Shown: in pieces, positions 49,680 to 64,000 of the stretch
Numbering within the stretch: position 1 is the stretch's first letter
How the letters are laid out: the number at the start of each line of letters is the position of its first letter
NCBI GenBank assembly: GCA_043228905.1
Contig: JBHGNT010000001.1
Location: forward strand, 3,844,001-3,908,000
From: Azolla caroliniana
Lineage: Eukaryota; Plantae; Polypodiophyta
Direction: 5' to 3'
DNA: 64,000 bases
Position numbers and translations under genes: made by a program
Notes under the pieces: generated by a model
Seen by the model: the letters and a program-made list of their open reading frames with translations, nothing else
What the model was told of the DNA's origin: nothing
The model's database searches: none

Positions 49680-51089
49680 ACAGTGCATGTTTGCACAAAT
49701 TACACAGATTGACCTGAAATCAGAGATGGAGGTTGTTTTCCTTTTTCTCAAATATTTGGGATTTCGTCATAATTAGGATATACGCAATGCTTTTGTATTT
49801 GATGATAAGCATGGAGTGAAATCAATATTTGCGAAAGTTGAAGGGAGTGCCAATGTGACAATTTTCTTTATTGGAGCAAGTGGAAATTCTTTCCTTAGTT
49901 GGGTGTTGGCAATTCAACATGTTCCACTACCCATGTAGTGTAGTGTAGTTAGTGGATTGACCATACTCCATTGTTACACCCCTTGTAAGTAGTGTTTTTC
50001 ACACACATTTATCTAATAATTGACAATGGTTCGGTTTGAGAGGGTCAAAACCGAACCGTTAAAATTTGTTGAAACCTAAATTGAATTGAACCGAACGATG
50101 AAACCATGAAACCAAATGGTAAATGTTTTTTTTCAAACCGTTAGGTTCGGTTTTGATTTCAACTTAGGTCAAAATTTAAAATATTTCATTATTTTAAAAA
50201 TTTAAAGATGTTCCTAAAATGTGAGAATAAGGTCTAAAAAAGAAAAGAATGTTTAAAAACAAACTTAAAAAAATATAAAACTGTTAAACCGTTTAAACCG
50301 CGGTTTCTAACTGTTGAAACCAAACCAGAACCGAACTGTTTAAACCGTTACGCTACGGTTTCCCGGTTCGGTTTGGTTCAAACTGAGCCGTTGCCGATTA
50401 TTACATTTATCGATATAATTGTGTGATCAAAGTGGGTTGGTGTTCTCGATTGATGTTATGAGCCAAGGTATTTATTTGGAGAGTTATGGTTGGAGCTTTA
50501 CCATTAGGGGATGCATTAAAAAAAAGAAACATTACTAAAGGATTGTGTTTCTTTTGTTTGGTGGAATTGGAACATAGTAGGCATCGATTTATTTCATGCC
50601 CGATGGCAATGATGGTTTGGAGTTGTATCAATTTAGTGTGGATGTCTCTAACAGGAGTAAGTCTATCTTCCTTCAGTTGGGTTTTTGCACATATGGAGAA
50701 CAATGAACCGATGCCTCATTTTCAAATTATTTGTGAGTTCTTGAGGTATCGGGGGCTATGGTTCAATTGAAATATGCGGAATGCCTTCATTTATTGATTC
50801 GCAAGGTGGGGTGAGAAAATAAGTTCTAAAGTTAAAAGGACTTCTTTTGTGGCAACTGACAGTGCTAGAGAAGTCACGAAATCTCAACCAGGAAGAGAGA
50901 GAACTCTGCAAGGTCACGTAACATCATACTCGCCATTTGAATTGGTGTGTAGGGTGGCATTGAGTTTGGTGTCGTAGTATTCTATAGATCCCTTGATAGA
51001 TAGAAGGTAGTATTCTATACTTTGTAGTAAGGTAGTCATCGTGGTGTTTTTTTTCTTTCGTAACGAAAGCCATTATTTACGAAAAAAAG
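49680..51089 (+). mobile_element. Degenerate L1 LINE 3' fragment (zf-RVT region), interrupted by a MITE
   Basis: AKVFIWRVMVGALPLGDALKKRNITKGLCFFCLVELEHSRHRFISCPMAMMVW matches the zf-RVT pattern K.F.W....LP....L..R....C..C...E...H.F..CP....VW. There is an A-rich end near 51083-51089. Boundaries are approximate. Confidence 0.75.
50014..50403. mobile_element. hAT-type MITE, 390 bp, with an 8-bp target-site duplication
   Basis: TSD CATTTATC at 50006-50013 and 50404-50411. Imperfect TIRs taataattgacaatggttcggtttga and tcaaactgagccgttgccgattatta. AACCG subterminal repeats. Confidence 0.9.
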
Positions 51090-51188
51090 AGAGAGAGAGA
51101 GAGAAAAGTAAAGTTATGGAAGTGCGTATTGTTTTTTGAAGGAGTCTCTTTTTCCCTGCTGACCTAAACTCACAGACCGCGTCTCGCA

Positions 51189-51232
<44 letters not shown>

Positions 51233-51540
51233 CTCGGAATCTCTGTACCTGCAATCACCTGCATACATAGGGTTTCCTTGACCTTTCTGTCGCCTCTCCG
51301 CAGAGAAACTTCTAAGGCTCCTCGGGCAATCCTGTGCTCATACTCCCCCCCCCCCCTCCTTCGACTGCTAAAAGAGTCCCTCAGACCTTTGATTTTTCTC
51401 TCAGATTTCTTTTCAGGTTTCCTCAAGGCCTCGAGTTTTGTCCGACTTGCTTACGATCTCTGCGATTTATAGGGGCGTCCCACTACTTCCTCGCTTGATC
51501 TCGCTTCCATACCTCAACAAACAAAAAATCCTCTGGAATC

Positions 51541-52621
51541 ATGTGTCCTCTGCGATTCATTTTGGTCTTCTTCTCCGTCATAGTTGCTGGATATGTTGCC
51601 TGCAAAGCTATGTGGTCCAGCGATGGCGATCATCCCCTCAGCACCATGGATGCCAGAGAACACTCAGGAATCGAAAAAAAGGAAGATAGCATTCTAAAGC
51701 AGGTATGACTTCTAGTAGAGGTCTTATAGGTAATATCTAGGGTTTCAGATTCCGTGTGTACTGTTTATTTGCGTCATTTTCACTAAGAGAAAGAAAATTA
51801 GAAACATATATCAACAATTGATATATGTGTAGCTCAGTCAGTAGGTTCTCCGATCCAGACCAGAAGGTCATGCGTACAACACCTATGCACTGTGACATTT
51901 AGTAAATTAGTAAATCTGGTGATATTTGAACCCAGGTCTGCGGGCTAGTAGAAATTTGGTTAATGAAGAGAGATGGATTGTTTCTTTAATATCATACTGA
52001 AGATTAATACAATTTGTATGACATGTACCCCTCTGTATGTGCAGTGCTTTCTGCCTTTTATTTCTTTGTACAAGATAGAGAAAGGAAGAAGGATTCATTA
52101 ACATCAGAAATAAACCAAAACACCTATAGTAGCCAAAATTCAAAATTTATTCATCCAAGGAGGCAATTTAGCTTTTGCTGACTGAAGCTTAGTTTTTTCT
52201 TCAAGCTTACACTGACTGAAGGCTAGTTTTTTCTTCAAAGTTTGCAAAACTTGAACCCAACAAAAGGTATAAGGGTATGGTTGCAGATGGAGGTGAAGGT
52301 GCACGATATGTAAACCTATATCAATAAATTGGCTTCATTGGGAAATCCTTATTTTCTCGGGTCAACAGCTAGGTGATGAAACTTGCAAGAATCATTTTTT
52401 GCTAATAGAATGTTTCCTATCCAGTGAAATTCATTGTATTCTACAAGTGACTGAAATTCTTGTCACGTTCTTTGAGAACAAGGAAACCAATAAAATGAGT
52501 TAAACCTATTTATAAGGCTACTTCTTATTAATGTTTGATGATAGGTAGCTAGAAAATCAATAACTGCTCAATGAATTGGAATCTGGCATCATATTAAGAT
52601 ATCCATGATCACTCATAGGAG

Positions 52622-52665
<44 letters not shown>

Positions 52666-52779
52666 TTTATACAGAGTTATACAAAAGTTGTATCTGGTTT
52701 TTGGATGCTTGTGGACATGGCAAGTGGGAAGTATCTCTGGAGAATTGTTGCTTCTCAACAAGAGAAATCTAGTCCTTAA
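51541..52779 (+). CDS. Small plant membrane protein of the MCPLRF / DMASG.YLW type (often labelled methyltransferase-related), 2 exons, 88 aa
   Basis: Exons 51541-51702 and 52675-52779 give MCPLRFILVFFSVIVAGYVACKAMW...SILKQ|SYTKVVSGFWMLVDMASGKYLWRIVASQQEKSSP*. The ORF track does not list it. Confidence 0.85.
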
Positions 52780-54546
52780 TAGCGTTCATGGATGAACCAA
52801 CAATCCCAATCTAGTAAGAATAAAAATTAATTTTTATACATTGAACTTCTCTTCCCCTAATGCTCCCTGGAATCAGTTCTAATTTTCGCGAGACTTTTTG
52901 CAGAGTAGAATTCATCTTGCCTTGTGAATATATACTTAAAAAGACTAGCTCGAAAGCTCAAAGGTTGCCAATTGATGCGCAAAGTACTTGCAACTTTAGC
53001 ATGTAAGCGGAAAATTTGAGTAAACTGGATATGCCTAAGTTTACTTACAGAATGAAGCTTAAAAACAATAAAAGGTTGATGAGTTATGGCAAGAAAGTCT
53101 AGTTTGCTTAGAGTATGCTTATTACAAAATGAGACTTTCATTTGTTGAAGGTTTAGCTCTTCATGAATACACTGGATTATGTAATTGTAATTGTTTCAAC
53201 CATTTTGATGGCACATTGCTACTGTCTATATCCCCTTGTACACACTCTACTTGTTTGGCATATTAAACTTGGACTCTATATTCACTTATGAAGTATTGTC
53301 ATGTTCTCCAAATGGAGTGTGTTTCAGGAGAAGCTTGTATAATTTAATATTAAGAGAACCACTTGTTCATCAAAATTCCCCTTTCATGCATTCAGTATTC
53401 TGTTATTGATGGTTAACGTAAGTTGGTGTTAATGAATGTTCATAAACAATTGGTTAGGAAATGGAGTTTATTGAGACTGCACGGATCATATAATCAACTC
53501 GATCCACATAATGCCAAGAATGTGAGAGTATGGGAAGCTTTTGTAAGGTGTGAATAAGTGCCTACCTACCCTCACATGTGATAAAAAAAGGGGCATTGCA
53601 TTGAATAAGGTAGATGGATTTGCTGTTGGGTTTAACCACCTCATGTGTATAAGCAAACATTAAAGAGTGCACTCTGGTGCTAGTTCTCACTTCACCCCCT
53701 AAGTTCCATCTGTATATGAGGAGTGCATGAGATAGTAGTGGTATTGTTATGTTGAATGTTTTGTTATAATCGTGGTTTTGGCATTATGCTAGAAGCATAT
53801 TATTCTGCATGGGATCATGCCTTCCTTTATATAATGTGCATAAAATCCCATGATTGTGTCATTGTTAAAAAAATTCAAAGGTGATTTTCAAAATTGAGAA
53901 ATGCAAATTGCACTAAGCTCCACCTTTTTGTTTTTGAACACTACGTGCTGTGCACTCACCTCAATGGTTATAAGGCAGGCACAACTTATCATGGTATCAG
54001 GATCTATAAAAAAAAAGCACTCCTACATATAACATGACACAAAAATATTTTGTGGGAAAGTGTACTTGCAGATTTTCTGTAATGACAATCACATGGCGTG
54101 TTTGATTGCAAAGATAAATAGGCCCCCATTTCTATTTGTTGGGAATATGCCAATACATCCGATTCTTTGGAATGGAAAGTAGAGAAGTTATTGGAACCAA
54201 TTATTGTTTGCCCCCCTCCCCCCCTCTTTGTCTCTCCCCATTGGGCACATTTGGCCGTGAAGTGGATGATAATCTATCATCATAGTGCAACTAGTAGTTG
54301 GCTTTAGTTCGACCTAAGTAGCGTAAAAGACATTGTATTCGAAACTTAAATAGAAATACAATACCACTTTGGATTGTAAGGGAAATAGAGTATTTTTGTA
54401 TCCTTTTGTTTGGTATAATACAAGACAAAAGTTTGTGCTTTGTATCCTTTCGTATGAGAACAAGAAAACTGTGTTTATGACTTGGTAAAGGTTGGTTGTT
54501 GGTGGAACGCTGATGACAGGCATTCGATAACCTCGATGGATCATCT

Positions 54547-54826
54547 AAGGGTTCTATCTCGACCCAAACATGTGGATGAAGTGCAAGTGTAGCATATAGC
54601 ATTAGCATCTAGGGTAAACAAACGTCGGCAATGAAACTGTCTCTGTTTTGATTAGCACTAGGTGGAGGACATTACCGTAAGTTAGAAGGGTTTTGTCTTG
54701 ACCCAAACACGTGGATGAAATACGAGTGTAGCATAAAACGTTAGCATCTAGGGTGAATAAATGCAGGCAACGAAGTCTCGGTCTGCCTCTGTTTTGATTA
54801 CTACTACTAGGTGGAGGACATTACCA
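54547..54826 (+). repeat. Diverged tandem duplication of about 139 bp upstream of RabA
   Basis: aagggtt..gacccaaaca(t/c)gtggatgaa...ttagcatctagggt...ctaggtggaggacattacc occurs twice. Confidence 0.85.
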
Positions 54827-54889
54827 TCCATCAAAAGTCGATGAAGGTGGAGGAGAGACGGGATGCTCTCGTAAGAACGGATTGATGGG

Positions 54890-55115
54890 TCATCATCATA
54901 GTTAGAGAAGCAATTCTTTGTGAGTTAAAAAATAATATGCTTGAGTAGGAAAATGAAACAAAGGGGAGGAGGGCATTTTGGGGAATTTTCTCAATCATCA
55001 TCATCATATCAATATGTAGTTAAGAGAGACAATTCTTTGTGAGTTAAAAAATAATATGCTTGTGTGGGAAAATGAAACGAAGGGGAGGAGGGCATTTTGG
55101 GAATTTTTTCTTAAT
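54890..55115 (+). repeat. Tandem duplication of about 119 bp in the RabA promoter region
   Basis: caattctttgtgagttaaaaaataatatgcttg...ggaaaatgaaac.aaggggaggagggcattttggg occurs twice. Confidence 0.9.
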
Positions 55116-55162
55116 CGTCGTCAAAATAGAGATATAAATAAAAGCCAGCGAAAAAAAAGTAA

Positions 55163-58313
<3,151 letters not shown>

Positions 58314-59941
58314 CTTATTGCATTTCAGCTTATTATATCAAATGGGCTGTTTATATGTCTAGATCAAATTGCCATACTTAATATTGAGACACAAAATTTG
58401 CAACAACATTTTTTGTGGAGGCAAACTGTCTCATGGATATCAGTTATTGGGTGGAAAGAGCTTTGTTTTTCTTTTGGATGCTATTAGGTTAATTTCAAAG
58501 ACCAGGGTTTGCAACCACCCTATTAAAGTCCTGTAGAGTTAATGACAAAACTCTTTTAAGTAATTTTGTTTAGTGTCTTTCTATCTCTTTTTACATCCAA
58601 TGCTGAAGAGCTGCAGTTCTTTAAGTCCCCACGTTGTATTTGGACTTCTGTTCAGTATTTTTTTTATCAACTGAGTTTTTATTTTGGTTGCAAATTTGAT
58701 GGTGTGTCAGCAGGCACACAATTATGCTTCTAAGCAACTCTCTCATTTTGATGTCTAAATGTTTTCAATATGTATTCTGTTTAAGGATATTAAAAGATAT
58801 ACCTAGGAATGAGATTCTTGTCTTCTTAACAATTACTGCGTGCAGGACTTAACCTTTGAGGTTGTGTCTATGAAAATGTAGCATTGCTTGATAAATATTA
58901 TCTAAACATTGCTAGAATACGTTAAAGAATGGCTTCAAAGAGTTTCAAGAATGTCTTGGAGGAGGCAATATTACGTCAATTTTCATTAGCTAGTCCTTTA
59001 TCATACATTTATGGGAAGAAGAAAAATTCAACACGAACAAATTTTAGTGTCTAAAGATTCTATTTAATACTCCAGCATTAAGAGTCAGTCTAATGGAATA
59101 CGATTCAGTTACTCGGAAAGTTTTTATAAAGCCATCTTAGTTGTGGCTTGATTAGCTCACATACCATACATATATCACTTTTCTTAACCTTATGCTATAC
59201 ATATCAAATTAACCACTTCGTTGTCTCCAAGCAGTTGGACAGCCATCTCAACTATGGCTTGATTGGTGTTCTCTGTGGTATTTACTATTCAGTTGCTAGT
59301 AATCAATAAGCCTAGCATGACATTGTGCTTCTCACAGTCTTATATTCATACATTATGAGGTGTTTGTAATGATGAGAATGTGGTCGACTGTAATTCAAAA
59401 CACAAGCAACATTTGAATGGGTTTGAGGTCTTTTGATGAACTAAATTCTCTTGAATAGTTAATTCTCTATTGAATCAAAATCCGAAGCCACCACTGTAAA
59501 GAAAAATTAAAGGCAATTACTGTGCAATAAGTTGAAGAAGTTCCAAGGAGATGTATCTCTGGAAATATGTAGTGTATTTCCAACCCATGAACAGATATGC
59601 TTGCCACTAACAAAAGGTCAAATTTGAATAATCTCAACATAAGTTGTAGTTTTAGTACACAGGTCGCAATAATGAGTGCAAACAATATTCTTGAAAACCT
59701 GATACAATGAAATATATAATAACATCTACACAAATACACTATTGAGCAAAATGAATATTGTACCAACAATATACAGTTTGCATTTTGAGCTGATTGTAAT
59801 TTGCAGTATCATCACGATTACAGAAATCAGATAACAGCATTAATAACCTTCATGCACAGAAATCAGATGAGCAAACTGAGCTTTATTGTCATACAAAATC
59901 AAGCTGCCACCTTAAGGCTCTACTTGCTTTTCTGCTTTTTC

Positions 59942-61961
59942 TTATAATATAGTTTCACTGTCATGAATTGGCAACCATTGCCTTAGATTCCGAGTTCTAT
60001 GTGAGAACCACATGCCTAAAGTAATTCCGAGACCCATGCCAGAGATCAACGACAAAGAAACCAAAAGAAACCAACTCCGCAATCCAACTGGATTGTCTGA
60101 GTTTCTGATTAACATTTCAGTATTAGGTGAGGTGATAGTGATTGAATCGTGAACTTGGCCATCGTGGTTACCTACATATGAAAGGGTTAGAAGTTCCTTA
60201 GTTGCATAAAGTCTTGTATAACCCAGCTGATCTCCTCTATAAAGGGACCATTCAGGTTGAGGAAAAATTGGATCTTCAGGGTGATCAGGGCTAGTTAACC
60301 AAGGGGGTTGCCAATCTTGACCACCCATACCAATTACAACATGAATAGGAGCAGTACCATATGACGAAGATGAATTTGAATACGTAAAGTTTCTAAGCGG
60401 GCAAGTTCTCTCATAGTTGTGCACATGGCCCCACAAAGCAAGATTCACGTTATATCTTACCAGGAGGGGCTCCAAGCTCTCTCTCAATTTGTCAATCAAT
60501 GGAGATGTATATTGAGTAGTATACATTGGACGATGCCCAAGAACAACAATAAACGGTGTCTTGGCTCTGTCTACATCCTCAAGGTCTTGCACAATGAATG
60601 CATATTGTTGACTTTCTGGTAGAAAGTTTATTTCTGTAGATATGTAAAGGAAATGAACGGACCCAAAATCTAGAGAATAGTACAGATTTCTGGTTGCAAT
60701 ATTTCCAGCTCCCGTCGGAAGTGAAGAGTTTCCAGGCATCGAGAAACGTAAACTGTATGGGATTCCACATTCTCCACCCCCATCCTTACCATATATATTT
60801 TGTGCCCACAATGGCCTCCAAGGTTGCAAAGGCCAGTTGTATTCATGGTTCCCAATACACACATGGTAAGGCACATGAGAAGCGATTGGTTCTATCTGTG
60901 AAAAAAACAAGTCCCATAGCCATGCATAGCCTCTTGCATAGCTTATATCTCCTATATGAGATATGAAACTTGGCTTTTCCCCCAATTTGGCAATATCTCT
61001 TGTTAACCACTTGATAGTATTTTTACTCTCTGGTTGTGTCAACGAACAAGTTGTATATGGAGCAGAAGTCCCCATGTCTCCAAATAAAAAGGCATGGGTC
61101 TCAGAGACCTCAGGATCATATGATGTGAAATTGAACATTTTGCTCCAACTGCCTTCATCACTTCCCACCTGAATCCATAATATGGTTTAACATTCCATGA
61201 TTTATGCATATACATAACCACAATATGAATGCAATTGAAATAGCATTCTTAGTGACATCGAATTCTACCTGATAATAATAAATTTGTCCACTCTCCAAAT
61301 CTTTCATAACTGCAGTATGTATGTACCCTGGTTCTCTCCAACCACGACTACTATTTGCTGGATGATCACACATATCAGAACGCTGATACGTCAAAGATAA
61401 AGCTTCTCTCAGGAGTTCCAGTTTCTTGTTGTTTCGACCATATTTTACATAGCTCTTAATAGGGTCTCGTGTCACAAACATTACGTTCATCTCTTGATTT
61501 TTTGAAGATATGGACAAGTGAACTTGTGTTGGCTCATTGAAGTTCTCAAATGATACTCTCTCACTAATAGAGAGACGGTGAGATGTATTCTGCTTACACA
61601 ATTTGTTGATTTTACCTGAACCAAATGGTGTATGATGCCCTTGAAATAGTCTGAATTCGTATGGTTCACGCATATTTACCAAGGGAAGAGTCCATTGACC
61701 ACTTCCTTGTGCCCATTCAGTGTCTTCAGATAGTAGGAAATAACCAATATATAGTCCATCATCAGAATCAGCTGGGTTATAGACACCAATCCAATCTGAT
61801 TGTAAAGGTTTGCTTAAACCTTTCCACTTGAGGGTAACATTGGAGTTTGAGTGCTTCAATAAAATTGGTGAAACTTCTATCGTCTGTCCTGAAGTTTCAT
61901 GTCTTGTGCACAAACTTGAAAAGAAAACGAGAACTAACACTAAAGATTTTAAATCTATCAT
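59942..61961 (-). CDS. Purple acid phosphatase, PAP2/PAP9 type with a C-terminal transmembrane anchor, 2 coding exons, about 639 aa
   Basis: Exons 61961-61269 and 61168-59942. Signal-peptide-like MIDLKSLVLVLVFFSS, FN3-like region, metallophosphoesterase motifs GDMG, GDISY, GNHE, GHRPMY, WGHVH, DGGGECG, and a hydrophobic tail. A likely 5'-UTR intron spans about 62584-61963. Confidence 0.93.
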
Positions 61962-63503
61962 CCTGCATAATAATGAAGATTTCTCTTGCTCTCCTTTATT
62001 TGTAAAAGATATCGTCTTATATAATACAAAAGGATACACATATAGTTCATAATGACACGATCACTACAGTGTTTCCACAGGCCATCAGGAAAACAAGGGC
62101 AAGGAAACATCACGGGATGTGTATTATGTGATAACCCAAATTCAATCCTCGCATTGGCCTTTATATGGTATTTTAGTCCCCTACGGACCTTCAAAAAACC
62201 CCTCTTTCTTCAGATGAGTATTGAAGTAAACAATTGGGACACAATTGGGACGAAAACAAACTTAATTGTATTCATGTCTCATTCCTATCTCTCTCTGACA
62301 CCATTTTTTCATTACTCATTTTTCAATAATTCTCAGTATCCTAACCATGTTTGTCCTTCCATTTCCCCTAAAGGTAGATTCATATGTAGAAACCTTTATT
62401 CATCCTGTAGTTATACCTTCACCTCTCTTCAGCATTGATTCAATCCTTGTCTTACCATCAAATATCTCAGAAAAAAGAAATTGAGCAAATGATCCATACA
62501 AAGATAAAAATAATACATGGGGAAGATGCTAGGTGAAAGATCGATTTTTAAAAAAAAATTATGCTTCTTTCCTTACTAGCTCACCTGTACGTTTTGAAGT
62601 GTGTAAACATGGACAAACTGTCGTTTTATATCGTAAATACTCTTATTGAAGATTGATAATATCCCATCTCTTTCACTTCATCTTTGCTTCCAATTAAGAA
62701 ACACTTCTGCAAAGAGAAACGAAAGAACAATATAATCTAGGCCCTTATAACAGATCAGATGCTATATGAATCGTGGCGCTCCCTTTCTATCATTCTTTCT
62801 GTCTCTATTTCTATGCCTCTCACACATGCCTCTCTCCCTCTACCTCTCCCTCCCACTCTCTCTCTCTCTCTCTCTCTCTCGTGTGTCTGTTTGTCTGTAT
62901 GACTGACCTGCTGTGCGGAAAAAATCAATTCGGTGTGGAGATGTTGAAGAAGACTAGAGTGATCGCTGATTTAGTCTCTTCATGTGTCTGCATCTCGCCA
63001 TCACCGTGATCGCGAAAAATATTGACTTAAAAGTTAAAATTACAAGTCTCTATTATCTATCTATGAATCAACACACACGCGCACGTGTCTGTGCCATCTC
63101 TTCCGCTGTTTGAAAGCTCCTCATATCTCAGGACATGGCACCATACCACCAAAGGACGAATAACTTTGTAAAAGTAAATTATGCTTCTAATTACCTCAGA
63201 TTAGGAGATATTTCCTCTTTAATTCCAGGTCTCGATCAAGTAACTGAATACTCCTCAAATTCGCTTGATCAAGGCCACATATTTTATATCTAATCGGAGT
63301 GTAGTTCTTCATTATATCTAACACATGTACCATGAGGAGCCCAAAATTTGACCAAATACATATAATAGGTAGTTTTAAATGTAACCAAGGATACTTCTTG
63401 AAATGGGGATGCATGTGACATGATGATGTGAGTGTATGCATACTCCTCCTTCAGGCTTTCCAAAAATCCTTGGTTATAATTAGGTGTTAATTAGCAATGT
63501 AAA

Positions 63504-63575
63504 TGGTTAATCGTTAGGTTTAGGTTACAAGAGTGGTTAATCGTTAGGTTTAGGTTACAAGAGTGGTTAATTAGT
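63504..63575 (+). repeat. 30-bp tandem repeat, a little over 2 copies
   Basis: tggttaatcgttaggtttaggttacaagag is repeated exactly. Confidence 0.85.
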
Positions 63576-64000
63576 TAGGGATCAATACGCTAACTAGGTA
63601 ATCAAACTTTCAACTTCTGATTAGGGGGTTAATTTTTATGAGAAGAGTGTGGTTCATCCACTAATACATTGCTTCTTAAAAGGGATTCAATTTGATTGAA
63701 GGGTATTTTGGAAACCATCAATGTCATGGAAAAAATCACAACACACAAGTCTCATAAAAAACATAACCATTTACTATAAAACCCCATCTTAATTTTAATA
63801 AAAAAAACACATGAGAAGTTTTCAAACAACGCCATGATATGCACTTTAAGTTGTAACAAATTCAAACGAGGCTTCCCAAAACAATCAATTTGTCTATGCA
63901 AGGAGGTAACATTAATCAAACATGCAAATTATACATTTCCTCATTCATGAAAAAGTAGTGGTGGTCGATTGCATATATGAGTTTCTAGTGTCTCTTCTTA

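Noticed and set aside
61962-62039. Upstream ATG extending the PAP ORF (MYPFVLY...)
   Set aside because: It lies in a probable 5'-UTR intron ending tgcag just before the ATG at 61961, which starts the signal peptide.

Overview
Land-plant nuclear DNA (spliceosomal introns, TTTAGGG telomere motifs, many (CT)n tracts). A seed-free plant such as a fern is my guess and is not established. I can rebuild ten protein-coding genes from splice sites and family motifs: a TSO1/tesmin-like CXC gene, eIF3k, NTAQ1, a GT47A MUR3-like glycosyltransferase, SQD1, a HIG1-domain protein, a 799-aa uncharacterised membrane protein, a small MCPLRF-type protein, RabA, and a PAP2/PAP9-type purple acid phosphatase. There is also one tRNA-Leu(UAG), a decayed 5'-truncated LINE, L1 fragments and hAT-type MITEs. 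The most unusual structures are non-coding: a 237-bp triplication whose copies are joined by (TTTAGGG)3, a ~170-bp inverted copy of flanking DNA at the LINE 5' junction, a direct-inverted-direct triplication, and a U12-type intron in eIF3k. I see no clear multi-gene novel system. The best candidate is a recurring DNA-repair signature of telomere-repeat-linked and fold-back duplications.
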